Of a DNA stretch of 64,000 nt, positions 19,801-29,725 are shown piece by piece (the first letter of the stretch is position 1; each line of letters begins with the position of its first letter). Under the pieces are notes generated by a model. That model made no database searches, had not been told where the DNA came from, and worked only from the letters and a program-made list of their open reading frames with translations. The stretch spans positions 1 through 64,000 of the forward strand of contig JBBQFN010000021.1 of the NCBI GenBank assembly GCA_038321985.1, given 5' to 3'. The position numbers were made by a program, and so were the translations under genes. This DNA comes from Cyanophyceae cyanobacterium (GTDB taxonomy: Bacteria; Cyanobacteriota; Cyanobacteriia; Cyanobacteriales; Laspinemataceae).

Positions 19801-22800
19801 CTCAATTTGTCTTGAATTTCCCGCTGTTCCAACCAGGGAGGCTCGGGATGAATCCGGGGGTAAATAGGTTCGAGGGAGGGGGGGGTTGGACTGAGTTCTA
19901 ATCCATAAATCCGATAGAGTTCGTCGGACCACAGGGTGTTTTGATTAGCCGGATTAAATTCCCAACTGCCAATATGAGCAATCTCCTGAGCTTTGGCTAA
20001 ATTGGCTTGGCTGTGGCGCAGTTTTTCTTCCGCTGCTTTGGACTCCGTGATATCTCGGGCGGTTGCATAAATCAGGTCCCCCACAGGCATGGAACGCCAT
20101 TCTAACCACCGATAAGAGCCATTTTTATGGCGATAGCGATTGATCACATTGATGATTTCTCTACCCTCGTTCAAATCTTCCATCGCCTTCGCAGTCAGCT
20201 CACAATCATCGGGATGGAGCAAATCGAAAATTTTAAATAGCCGTCCTTCTAATTCTGTAACGCTGTATCCCAGGGTTCTTTCCCAGCCCAAACTCGCTCT
20301 GCGGTAGTACCCATCCATATCACCAATGCAGAGTAAATCCAAGGCGATGGTAAAGAAGCGATCGATTTCTTCAGTTTTTTGCTGGAGGTTTAGTTCCAGG
20401 TTTTTTCTCAGGGTAATATTTTGAATTTGCTTGATGGTATAGAGAGGCTGGTTGTCCCTGTTACGCACCAGGGAAACGCTCAATAACCCCCAGATGATTT
20501 TCCCACTTTTATCTTGGTAGCGTTTTTCCAGATGGTAATAGGAAATTTCCCCTTGCACCAGTTCCTCAAGATGACTCAAGTCACTTTCTAGGTCCGGGGG
20601 ATAGGTAATATTTTGAATCGTCAGGGCTAATAATTCTGCTTTAGAATATCCCAACATCTGGCAAATCGCAGTATTTACTTCTAATAACTGCCCATCCAAA
20701 TCAACCAAACACATTCCAACAGCGGCACTTTCAAAGGAGTTTCTAAACCGTTCTTCGCTTTGACGTAATGCCTCGGTACGTTCAGAAACTTGCGCTTCCA
20801 AGGTTTGATTGTAGTCGGCTATTAGTTTCTCGGCTTGTTTGCGACTGCGGATATCGTTAAAGGCATTAATGGCATAAATAATCTGCCCGGTTTCATCAAA
20901 AATTGGGGTCGAATACATCTGAAGGGGAATCCTCTCCCCCAGGCGTTCAATTTCTAAGTCTTCCGCCATCACTGCTTCCCCTTGCAAGGCGCGGATACTC
21001 GGGAGTTGTTCCCGAGGATAAAGGAGATTGGTCCCGGCAAGATAAATCTGATAAATTCTAGAGATTTTTTCTAGGGAGATGTCGAGGGTAATTCCTCCCA
21101 AAATTTGCTGTCCTGCCTGATTCAGGTAGTGAGATTTTCCCGTGGAATCTAGGGCAGAAATTCCAATCGGGAGGGCTTCTAAAAATTGGTTGAATTTGCT
21201 TTCACTTTGGCGCAAGGAGGCATAGAGCTTGGCATTTTCCAAAGAGATCGCCGCCTGTACAGATAAAATCTTTAAAACTTCTAGGCGATCGCTGGGAAAT
21301 GCTCCCGAAATTAGATTATTTTCCAGATAGATAACGCCACTGACTTTAGTTCGGTCTAAAAAGGGCATACAGAGGATTGATTTCGGCTGGTGTCGGTGAA
21401 TGTAGCGATCGCCTCGAAATTTCCCTTCCGATGTTGCATCGTTTAGAGTCACCGTCTCCCGAGTGCGAATCACGTAGCGGACAATGGCCGCAGAAAGTAC
21501 GAAGTGGCTGAGGGTTTCCTCTGCTACGGCATTCAAGGGAATTCTGGGTTGAGTCGTCACCAAGTTTTCATCAATGGCAGCTTGAACAACCCATTCCCCC
21601 TTTTCTTCTACAATTAAATAGCCTTTTTGCGCCCCGGCATTTTCAATGATAATTTTCATTAATGCCGCCAGAAGTTTTTCTATTTCTATTTCCCGAGTCA
21701 GGGCAGCGCAGGATTTTAACACACTGTCTAAATCTAAACCTATTATCGGTTTAGGGGTCGTTGAAGAAATAGTTTTAAGCGGGTTTTCAGTGGGTTTTTC
21801 TGGAAAAATTATTTCCTGAGGTTTCGCCCCCCACTGGGGATATTGGGCTGTTAATTGTTGAATTTTTGCTCCGCATTGCCATTGTTGATAAAGGGCATGA
21901 GCGTGACTCCTATAAAGTTCAGCAATTTGACTCATTTCTTGGTAGCGGTAGAACTCTGCCGCTAACTCATAAGCTAAGGCTTCCTCGTGTACAAATTGAT
22001 GGGTTTTAGCTCCGACTAGAGCTTGTTCATATAGCTTTGCGGCTTGCCAACTTTGACCCAAAACCCGTGCTTTTTCGGCTTCGACTAAATCATATTTATG
22101 TTGATAGGTCGGGGGTGCATGATGGGCCCACTTTTGCAGGCGGATTTGATTATTTTCTACCTGTTCAAGGATATATTGTTGCTGAGTGACATCCAAGGAC
22201 GGATAGAATGCTAATCGCGCCAGGGAGTCATAAAATGGCAGTTGACCCAAGGGCATCAAGGAGGCGATCGCCGGTTCATATTGGGCGGCAGTCGTCAAAC
22301 TCTCTACCGCTTTTTCCCAGTCTTTTAAATAATAACTGAGCATCCCTTGGGCTAGATAGAAGCAAAAAAGCGACGTCTCGCTCTTATTTTGAATTAAAAT
22401 GTCCAAATCCTGACCGTCATCAAATATTTCCCCATGCAAGCGGTGGGGGTCTGCCGCCTTTCCTCGTAAATTTGAGGCCAATTGCCCCCAAATTTTCGTA
22501 TATTCAGCCTGAATAGTTTGCTGGTATTTTTGAATAATATGGAGGGAACTTTCGTGCCTTTTACTCACGTCATTTAAGGAAATACCCGCCAATAAAGAAT
22601 AACAACTATATTGCATCGTTGCATAACAGGTGTATTCTATATCTCCAGTTTCTAGGCCCAAATTTACCGTCGCCTTTAAAGCGGCGATCGCATCTCGAAT
22701 CGGCTCTTTCCACGGCCTGATAAATCCATTTACAATATGGTGGACTTTACAGCCGGTTTCCGGACTCTCAAATGAGTTTAACAACTGTAAGGCAAACTGT

Positions 22801-25664
22801 CCCAATTGATAGCCTAATTCAATCTTTCCAACACTACAAAGATTCAACCCATAATAGGCATAGGCAAAGGCAGCCAGAGGAGAATTACCATACTGAATTG
22901 AGAGGTCTACCATTGTAAAAGCCATTTTCGGGACCAGTTCCGGCGTAACCACAATCGCCGTTCCCCAGACGCTCATTAAGATTTGCATCGCCGCTAATTT
23001 ATCGGGTTCCTCCATCCAGGGAAGATTGAATAATTCAGAAATATCCCGCTGTAGCGGCGCTGATTCAGATAGGGAAACCCCTAACAGTTCCAGGACCGTT
23101 AAACTGGTGTTCACGGCTTTTTGCAGTTGGTTAGTAGCACTATATAATTGAATCAGGATTTGATAAACTCTGACACGCTCTAAAAGGGTTCGTGCCTGGT
23201 TTAACACGACTTCTGCGATCGCTTCACTTTGGGGATAACGGGCCGTCAAATATTCCGTTTCTACGGTCTCAATATGAAGATGGAGGGTCAACTCATAATA
23301 AGTCGGCCAACTCTCGGGCGGTAACAGACGTAAGCCCTGGTTAAAATAGTTACTCGCCAAATTGTAAGCACTGGCTAATTTGGCTTTTTTGCCTACCCAT
23401 AAATTAAGTTGAGCCAGATCTATTTTTTCCGCTTCATCTTCAATCAAATCACTCCCTTGGTTGAGATGATTGACCCGAATAAATAAACCTTCGGATAGCT
23501 CACCTGTAGAGGCATCCGAATTAATTGCGCCCCTTAATAACCGCCCAATTTCTAAATGTTTCTCTTGGCGTTTGGCTTCAGAAATTAAATAATAAGCAGC
23601 TTGTTGAACCCGGTCATGGGAAAATTTAAATTGAATTTTTCCACTTTCAATTTTTGGAATAAATTTTAACAATTTATAACGTTCAGTTAAAGGGATGACT
23701 AACCCACTTTGCAATGCGGGAAACATCAGAGTTAACACTTCCTCGGGTTGCGATCGCCCAATTTTGCTTAAAATTTCTAAATCAAACGGGCTGCCAATAC
23801 AAGCTGCAAGCTGTAATAGGGTTTGGGTTTCCCCGCTGAATTTGACGAGTTGATTCGCCATCAAGCAAACGACATTATCGGTGATATCCTTAGCTTCAAT
23901 TTGGGCTAAATCCCAGATCCAACTTTGGCGATCGCTACTTAAGTCAATCAACCCTTCCTGATGAAGAGAATTCAAAAATTTCAGGGTAAAAAAAGCATTC
24001 CCTCGGGTTTTTGCATAGACTAAATTAGCTAAGGGTTGCACCAGGGAAAGGGGAGAATGCAGGGTGTCCGCTACTAAGTTAGCAACATCCGAAGGAGTTA
24101 GATTATCGAGGGTAATCGTTCTGACTCCCGGGGATGCGGTTTCAATTTGAGCAGTCGCCATCATTAGAGGATGGATTGCATCTACTTCGTTATCTCGATA
24201 CGCGCCAATAATCAACAAAAATTTCAGATCGCGATCGCTTAAAATGGCTTCCATAAGCGTCAACGAAGCCAAATCCGACCACTGGAGGTCATCGAGAAAA
24301 ATTACTAGGGGATGTTCGCGATCGCACAGCGCTTTCAAAAAGTTTTGAACCACCCAATGTAATCGGTTTTGGGCTTCTTGTCCTCCTAAAGAGGCGACTG
24401 GCGGTTGAGGTCCGATAATCTTCTCTAAATTCGGAATCATCTCAATTAAAACCTGCCCCGTATTACCAATCGCCGCTAAAATGCGACTGTGCCATTCATG
24501 AAATACTGTTTCAGGTTCCCTTAGGATAAAGTTACAAAACTCATTTAAGGCTTGAGAAAGCCCTAAATAGGGAAGATTTCTTTGATATTGGTCAAATTTT
24601 CCGCAAATAAAACTGCCCCGTTTCGCGGTGATCGGTTTATGAACTTCTCCCACTAAAGCAGATTTACCCACCCCGGCATATCCCGCGACTAAAATCAGTT
24701 CTCTATCCCCGGCAGCAGTGCGATCAAATGCCTCTAATAAGGTCTGAATTTGAGCTTCGCGCCCGTACAACTCTTGAGGCAATTGAAAGCGGTCCGAACG
24801 GTCCTGCTGTCCCAGGGGAAAGGTTGTGATAGTTTTCTCCGTCTTAAGCCGGCGCAAACATTCTTCTAAATCTGCCTTTAATCCCCAGGCCGATTGATAG
24901 CGTTTTTCGGCATTTTTTGCCATCAATTTATCAATTAGGGTGGACAGAGTTGCAGGAATTTGGGGTCTAATTTCTTGGAGAGAAATCGGAGATTTAGCAA
25001 TGTGACTATGGACCCATTCCATAGGATCATCGCTATGGAAGGGCAAAATTCCACTTAATAAGTAATAAAACGTGACCCCCAGGGAATAAAAATCCGTGCG
25101 ATAGTCAATGCAGCGATTCATCCGACCGGTTTGTTCGGGGGAAATATAACATAAAGTGCCTTCGAGACGATTGGCATTTTGAAAACTGGGATTTTCCTGG
25201 GATAACACTGCTGAAATCCCAAAATCGATAATTTTGACTTGTCCTGTCTGGGGATTAAAGACAATGTTACTGGGATTGATATCTTTGTGAATTATATTTT
25301 TATCGTGAATTTTTGCTAAAATATCACAGATAGAAACCGCCAGATTTAAAAATTCTTTGAGGTCTAATTTCCCGGCACCTCCTAAACGAGTTAAGGATTC
25401 TGCCCCAAAATCTTCTAACAGCATAAAGGGATTTTCCCCCTCGGTGCTAAATTCATAAACTTGGGGGATTCCGGATAAATTTAGCGATCGCGTCACTTCA
25501 TATTCTCGCCAAAACCACCCCAAGCGTTCTGGTGAAGAATAGGCATCTTTAAGCATTTTTACAATTACGGCTTGTCTTGATGCGCAAATGTAGCCGCGAT
25601 AAACTTCAGAATTACTGCTTTCGTACAGTTTTTGGGTTAAAGAAATTTCTGAAAGGGTAATCAT
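16893..25664 (-). CDS. HstK-like Ser/Thr kinase - AAA ATPase - GAF - multiple PAS - GAF - His kinase - REC
   Basis: HKDINPSN, DFG and YISPEQTGR kinase motifs; Walker A GYAGVGKS; Walker B IFLDD; about six PAS repeats; MSHELRSPL. Confidence 0.93.
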   Translation of the reverse strand: MITLSEISLTQKLYESSNSEVYRGYICASRQAVIVKMLKDAYSSPERLGWFWREYEVTRSLNLSGIPQVYEFSTEGENPFMLLEDFGAESLTRLGGAGKLDLKEFLNLAVSICDILAKIHDKNIIHKDINPSNIVFNPQTGQVKIIDFGISAVLSQENPSFQNANRLEGTLCYISPEQTGRMNRCIDYRTDFYSLGVTFYYLLSGILPFHSDDPMEWVHSHIAKSPISLQEIRPQIPATLSTLIDKLMAKNAEKRYQSAWGLKADLEECLRRLKTEKTITTFPLGQQDRSDRFQLPQELYGREAQIQTLLEAFDRTAAGDRELILVAGYAGVGKSALVGEVHKPITAKRGSFICGKFDQYQRNLPYLGLSQALNEFCNFILREPETVFHEWHSRILAAIGNTGQVLIEMIPNLEKIIGPQPPVASLGGQEAQNRLHWVVQNFLKALCDREHPLVIFLDDLQWSDLASLTLMEAILSDRDLKFLLIIGAYRDNEVDAIHPLMMATAQIETASPGVRTITLDNLTPSDVANLVADTLHSPLSLVQPLANLVYAKTRGNAFFTLKFLNSLHQEGLIDLSSDRQSWIWDLAQIEAKDITDNVVCLMANQLVKFSGETQTLLQLAACIGSPFDLEILSKIGRSQPEEVLTLMFPALQSGLVIPLTERYKLLKFIPKIESGKIQFKFSHDRVQQAAYYLISEAKRQEKHLEIGRLLRGAINSDASTGELSEGLFIRVNHLNQGSDLIEDEAEKIDLAQLNLWVGKKAKLASAYNLASNYFNQGLRLLPPESWPTYYELTLHLHIETVETEYLTARYPQSEAIAEVVLNQARTLLERVRVYQILIQLYSATNQLQKAVNTSLTVLELLGVSLSESAPLQRDISELFNLPWMEEPDKLAAMQILMSVWGTAIVVTPELVPKMAFTMVDLSIQYGNSPLAAFAYAYYGLNLCSVGKIELGYQLGQFALQLLNSFESPETGCKVHHIVNGFIRPWKEPIRDAIAALKATVNLGLETGDIEYTCYATMQYSCYSLLAGISLNDVSKRHESSLHIIQKYQQTIQAEYTKIWGQLASNLRGKAADPHRLHGEIFDDGQDLDILIQNKSETSLFCFYLAQGMLSYYLKDWEKAVESLTTAAQYEPAIASLMPLGQLPFYDSLARLAFYPSLDVTQQQYILEQVENNQIRLQKWAHHAPPTYQHKYDLVEAEKARVLGQSWQAAKLYEQALVGAKTHQFVHEEALAYELAAEFYRYQEMSQIAELYRSHAHALYQQWQCGAKIQQLTAQYPQWGAKPQEIIFPEKPTENPLKTISSTTPKPIIGLDLDSVLKSCAALTREIEIEKLLAALMKIIIENAGAQKGYLIVEEKGEWVVQAAIDENLVTTQPRIPLNAVAEETLSHFVLSAAIVRYVIRTRETVTLNDATSEGKFRGDRYIHRHQPKSILCMPFLDRTKVSGVIYLENNLISGAFPSDRLEVLKILSVQAAISLENAKLYASLRQSESKFNQFLEALPIGISALDSTGKSHYLNQAGQQILGGITLDISLEKISRIYQIYLAGTNLLYPREQLPSIRALQGEAVMAEDLEIERLGERIPLQMYSTPIFDETGQIIYAINAFNDIRSRKQAEKLIADYNQTLEAQVSERTEALRQSEERFRNSFESAAVGMCLVDLDGQLLEVNTAICQMLGYSKAELLALTIQNITYPPDLESDLSHLEELVQGEISYYHLEKRYQDKSGKIIWGLLSVSLVRNRDNQPLYTIKQIQNITLRKNLELNLQQKTEEIDRFFTIALDLLCIGDMDGYYRRASLGWERTLGYSVTELEGRLFKIFDLLHPDDCELTAKAMEDLNEGREIINVINRYRHKNGSYRWLEWRSMPVGDLIYATARDITESKAAEEKLRHSQANLAKAQEIAHIGSWEFNPANQNTLWSDELYRIYGLELSPTPPSLEPIYPRIHPEPPWLEQREIQDKLRAGEPWELDRQIVRPSGEIREIEVRGEPVFDPQGQLSKWIGTVHDITDRQQIEAKLRQSEAALREAQRIAHIGSWELDLTLGKLTGSEEWFQMFGLDPASPESADRDYFHAIHPEDRVQLQACLDRATAEGTSYKIDLRIIEGDRICRYLEARGEAVQDETGKVIRLRGTLLDITERKRTVLALSESEERFRTAFDYAGIGMAIVGLDGRWLKVNRAVCKILGYSEAELLTLDFQTLTHPEDLEIDLNYVTQLLRGELGSYQLEKRYIHKQGHYVWGLLTGSLVRTSDWEPLHFIAQIQDVTLQKQAEQILRSQMQREQVLSQFVQSIRNSLELTTISFSAAHESGRLLGADVAKIIQYFPKEELWRNVAEYRPFDSLPSTLDLDIPDAGNPLTETLKRLEPVALSGWEPDPEDPRVEFIGSFAGHWLILPLQMGTGVWGALCLARNLSESPWDSAEMELLRAIANQLAVALNQAELYEQVEKAREAADAANQAKSAFLANMSHELRSPLNAILGFAQLLISNPSLSEDVEENISIIQRSGEHLLTLINDVLDLAKIEAGRTTLSETNFNLSNLLADVQSMFSLKANHKGLDFRIEQLPAFLDHLHADEIKLRQVLINLIGNAIKFTKGGKVWVSVQLINPELPSSLPHAGNLEAQPLTLRCEVTDTGPGIALGELEHLFQAFVQTSTGLEAREGTGLGLSISRKFVELMGGQIQVRSQVGQGSTFTFEIPVTIAQGEEFKPPVSQRRAVALEENQPQYRILVADDRRDNRILVIKYLTPLGFELKESSNGQETVTIWEEWEPHLIFMDLRMPVMDGYEATQQIKGSIKGQATAIVALTASYSEDEKAVELLPEFDGFIHKPCRDTELFECLTQHLGVRFVYEDPSPSPLQTLVLPPVPLTESDWADIPREWLRTFDLATKSCDIDLMITLLDDIRDRHESFANALLKWTTAFEFERILTLLESVLSSP

Positions 25665-26114
25665 TAAACCTCAATTTCCAGCATAAAATGTTGATTGAAT
25701 CATAGCCAAATTCCATCGGCGATCGCCTCTATTTGGGCGATCGCACTCCCCTAATCTATTTCCCCCCCCGACGATCCCCTCGTAGTTAGGGCCGTTTCAT
25801 TTTTAATCCCCTGTACAGGCTAGTTCTGAAAGTTGGCTTGCACCAATTTAGCGGAACTATTCCCCCTTGAATTCACTGGATGAATCAGGGCAATATTAAC
25901 CGGATGAGTGAGAATATAACGGTCCCCAGGGATAACTTTTACCCGCAGCTCAAAAAACAACCGGGCCTGTTTCCGGGCAGGGTTACAACCGGGTCTGGTT
26001 TGTGGGGTCCCCGAGGGCATGGGGTGCAACGAGGAAGGCGACTGCCTCCCTGAATTGGGTCAGCAACGGAATCGGCTTAGAAAATCAGCACTAATTGGGC
26101 TGGATATCGTGTTC

Positions 26115-26143
26115 TTGACAGAAGAGGAATCTAAATGTATAAT
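26115..26143 (+). promoter_or_regulatory. Perfect sigma70-type promoter with no plus-strand gene downstream
   Basis: TTGACA (26115-26120), 17-nt spacer, TATAAT (26138-26143). Confidence 0.6.
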
Positions 26144-26431
26144 TTTCTTTATGCCATAAATTACAGCCCACCTCTACAGGTTCGAGTGCTAGTATTGATA
26201 ACTTAATTATAAACCCCATAGACAGTTAGTCAAGAGATAAGTAAATCAGCCCCATGCGGCTTTTGGCTTTAAGTCTACCCCCAAGGCCCCAGAATTCGCT
26301 ACTTTATGTGGGGCGTACTGGATAACTGAAATTTGAGCAGGTCCGGGTTTAGTAGCCCAGTGAATAGATAAAAAATAAAAACCTAATAAAGAGCTAAAAA
26401 AAACCCCTGGGAAGAAGATAGCCCCGACTGG

Positions 26432-26812
26432 TTATTTCCAGCCCAACAGGGTCGCGATCGTCTGGGACAGGGTTAGAGAATTGAACGGTTTAGAAATAGC
26501 CCCAACGACCTTTAACTCATTGAGCTGATGTTGGGTAAACCAAAGTGCTTTAGCGGTCAATAATACCACTGGAATTGACTTTGAGAGAGGATTTTTTTTG
26601 AGGCGATCTAGAAAGGCAAACCCATCCATTCCCGGCATGGAAATATCTAAAATGATCGCATCCGGTTGCTCAGTTTCAGCCAGCTTTAACCCTTGGGGAG
26701 CCGATGGTGCTAGTAAAACCTGCCATCCGCCCAAATCTTCTAAGCAAATTTGCACCACCTCTCGAACTGTAATTTCATCATCAACCACTAAAATTAATTT
26801 TTCCTTCATCAC
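26432..26812 (-). CDS. Single-domain response regulator (RcaF/CheY-like)
   Basis: VVDD, IILDISMP, LTA and KPF motifs. Confidence 0.92.
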   Translation of the reverse strand: MMKEKLILVVDDEITVREVVQICLEDLGGWQVLLAPSAPQGLKLAETEQPDAIILDISMPGMDGFAFLDRLKKNPLSKSIPVVLLTAKALWFTQHQLNELKVVGAISKPFNSLTLSQTIATLLGWK

Positions 26813-27304
26813 TACCTCTAATTGGGCTAAAAATCAGGGTAAGCGCAACTGACCGGGTTTAACCGGGGTTATAAGCAAAATCCCGTAGAGAACCCCCGAA
26901 ACCCCTTGATTCCCGAGGGATTTTTAGAATTTTGCCAGCAGTCTAATTTATTAAAATGTTTAACTTTATAAAATCGGAGAAAACTCTCCCAAATTCCCCC
27001 TATTTTGGGGTTTGTGTAGTTTATTTTCCGGTTGGTTTTGTGTTCATGCGCTCCCCCAAGACCGTGCAATTTGAAGATGTTATGATAACCCGGATGTATT
27101 CTACGGAAGGGACTTAATTGCCCGTTCCCAGCCTCAACCGAATTTTCCCTGATTATCAATAATTTGTCAATCACTCCAATGCATTAAAGTCACCCGTTTT
27201 GGGGAGAAAAACCGGGGTTTAATCCAGAGTTTGCCCTTGAGGGTGTCAGTTTTTGCTTTTTTTGGAAATGATGAAAAAATCCCCCATCTCGATCGCAGTC
27301 TCCC

Positions 27305-29725
27305 TCATCCCGGAGGGTCTGGAAGGGTAAAGTAAAAGGTACTCCCTTCCCCTAGGGTACTTTCTACCCAAATCCGTCCTCCATGTTGATGGACGATGCG
27401 CTTGCAAATGGTTAAGCCTAAGCCGGTTCCGCCTTTTTGACGGGAGTCGGAGGCGTCTACCTGCTGAAAGGGGTTAAAAATCATCTCTAGTTTATCCGGT
27501 GGAATTCCGCGACCGAAATCTTTTACTGCAAATAAGACGCCCTGCCATTGGGGTTGAACAGTGAGAGTAATGATACTTTGAGGGGAAGAAAATTTAATCG
27601 CATTACTGAGTAGATTGGTCAAAACTTGGATGAGGGCATCGGGAGAAGCCCAGACGGTGGCAGTGACGGGGGGTAAGGAAAATTGGACTCCTTCCTTGTC
27701 TGCGATCGCCTGAACCCCTTCTACCGCTTGGACGATCGCTTTGGCTGCATCACATCGTTCTTTGACTAATTCTACCTGACCTGACTCCAGACGTTCTAAA
27801 TCAAGAATATCGTTTACCAGCCGTACTAAGCGATCGCTGTCGGTGAGAGCAATTTCTAGCATTCGCTGCACTCGTTCCGGCTTATTTTGGTAAATGCCAC
27901 TGGCAAGTAATCCGATCGCCCCGCGAATCGAAGTGAGGGGAGTCCGAATTTCGTGAGAAACAATCGATATAAATTCATTTTTCATCCGCTCAATTTGACG
28001 GCGACCACTAATATCACGGACGATGGAGGAAGCACCGACAATATTACCCTTACTATCTTTTACCGGAGACAAGGTTAAGGCCACATCAATTGATGTATCA
28101 TGCTTTCGCATCCGTACCGTTTCAAACTGTTGGACGGATTGACCCGAGGCAATCAGGTTGAGAAGGGTATTTTCCTCGGGGTGGCGATCGCTGGGTACAA
28201 TCATTGTGAACACGGACTGACCGATCGCCTCCGAGGGGGAATACCCAAATAATTTTTCAGCACTTGCATTCCAGCTAATGACTGTCCCTTCTAAGTTTTT
28301 GCTAAAAATTGCATCTTCAGAATACTGCACGATCGCCGCGAGTTGGGAGAGGGCTGCTTCCGTCCGTTTGCGATCGCTAATGTCGCGCAAAATCGCCGTA
28401 AAAATCAGTTCGCCGTCAATCTCTAACTTAGAAATGGAAGCCTCTGCGGGAAACTCACTTCCATCCTGACGACGGGCCATGATTTCCCCTCGTTCTCCCA
28501 TTGATCCCCCTTGACCAAAGGTTTCAGCAAAACTCTCGACCTGATCACGGTGAGCGATCACAAAGCGACTTGGTATCAGCAGATCCAGGGGTTGACCCAT
28601 CACCTGCCCTGCGGCATAGCCAAAAATTCTTTCCGCACCTTGATTAAACAGGGTAATTTGTTGATTTCCATCTACACAAATGATCCCATCCCTAGCAATT
28701 TCCACGAGACCGGCTAATCGGGCTTGAGAGGCTTGTAGCGCCCGTTCGGTCGTTTTGCGATCGGTGATATCCATCGCCAATCCGGCAAGATGAACTAATT
28801 TTCCCCTCTCATCGCGAATGGGAAAGGCGCGGTCATGAATCCACCGTTGGGAACCGTCAGGTAAACAGATCCGATACTCATGGTTGTATTCCCCCTCTAA
28901 ATGCTTTTGACTCACTCCCTGTTCAACAAAGGCGCGGTCTTCCGGATGAACCGCATTCAGCCAGTCTTTCGGGTTGCGATAGAGACTTTCACAACTGCGA
29001 CCCCAGATCACTTCATAAGCGGGACTGATATAAATGAGTTGGGGATGGCTCAGATCCCTGATCCAAAATACATCTTGAATATTTTCCGCCAACTGACGGA
29101 ACCAAGACTCACTTTCGCGCCGGCCCACTTCCGCTTGTTTGCGATCGCTAATAGGGTTGTTAATTTCTAGCACTTGGGCGGGTTGCTGAAATTCATTGTA
29201 CGGTAATACCCAACGTGAAGTGCAGTCCGTTTCGGCGGTAGGACAGTCGGTGATGTGGACAAAGCAAACCAGGACTTCCTGGACGGTTTGGGTGGCATCT
29301 GGGATGGGATAAACCGAGGCTTGAAACATCAGGGGATTGCCTTGGGAATCCCGGGCCGATAAGAGACGGGAAAAGGGGGCAATGTCCTCCCCCTGCAAGG
29401 TTGAGGCATGGTGCAGGTGAGGCAAGAGTCCCAGGGCAGCAATTTGCTGTTCTATGAAGTGGGAGTCTAGGGGGTTCAACGGGGCGATCGCCTCCCACAT
29501 TCTTAGCACCGCCTGGTTTGTGAGTAGCGGCGAGCCATCGGTAGGATAAACCAGCATGGGGAGGGGCATCTGTTCAAAGCAGCTATGCCAGAGGGTTTCT
29601 GGGGGTCTGAGGGCTTTCTGGGGCGCTGTCGCTGCTCGTCCCAGGCGATCGACTTCCCCGCGCAGTTCTTCCAGTTCTGAAATCAGTTGTGCTTGGCTTT
29701 TATCCCAGTCGGAACTGCCGTTCAT
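27305..29725 (-). CDS. Multi-PAS sensor histidine kinase
   Basis: At least three PAS domains; VSHEIRTPL and GTGLG; start placed at ATG 29725, which gives an ATGA overlap with the upstream stop. Confidence 0.9.
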   Translation of the reverse strand: MNGSSDWDKSQAQLISELEELRGEVDRLGRAATAPQKALRPPETLWHSCFEQMPLPMLVYPTDGSPLLTNQAVLRMWEAIAPLNPLDSHFIEQQIAALGLLPHLHHASTLQGEDIAPFSRLLSARDSQGNPLMFQASVYPIPDATQTVQEVLVCFVHITDCPTAETDCTSRWVLPYNEFQQPAQVLEINNPISDRKQAEVGRRESESWFRQLAENIQDVFWIRDLSHPQLIYISPAYEVIWGRSCESLYRNPKDWLNAVHPEDRAFVEQGVSQKHLEGEYNHEYRICLPDGSQRWIHDRAFPIRDERGKLVHLAGLAMDITDRKTTERALQASQARLAGLVEIARDGIICVDGNQQITLFNQGAERIFGYAAGQVMGQPLDLLIPSRFVIAHRDQVESFAETFGQGGSMGERGEIMARRQDGSEFPAEASISKLEIDGELIFTAILRDISDRKRTEAALSQLAAIVQYSEDAIFSKNLEGTVISWNASAEKLFGYSPSEAIGQSVFTMIVPSDRHPEENTLLNLIASGQSVQQFETVRMRKHDTSIDVALTLSPVKDSKGNIVGASSIVRDISGRRQIERMKNEFISIVSHEIRTPLTSIRGAIGLLASGIYQNKPERVQRMLEIALTDSDRLVRLVNDILDLERLESGQVELVKERCDAAKAIVQAVEGVQAIADKEGVQFSLPPVTATVWASPDALIQVLTNLLSNAIKFSSPQSIITLTVQPQWQGVLFAVKDFGRGIPPDKLEMIFNPFQQVDASDSRQKGGTGLGLTICKRIVHQHGGRIWVESTLGEGSTFYFTLPDPPG

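Noticed and set aside
25820..26029. 69-aa minus-strand ORF upstream of the giant kinase
   Set aside because: TTG start, no RBS, no recognisable motif, in-frame stop just upstream
26869..27174. 101-aa ORF between the kinase and response regulator
   Set aside because: No motif or RBS; composition looks like translated intergenic DNA
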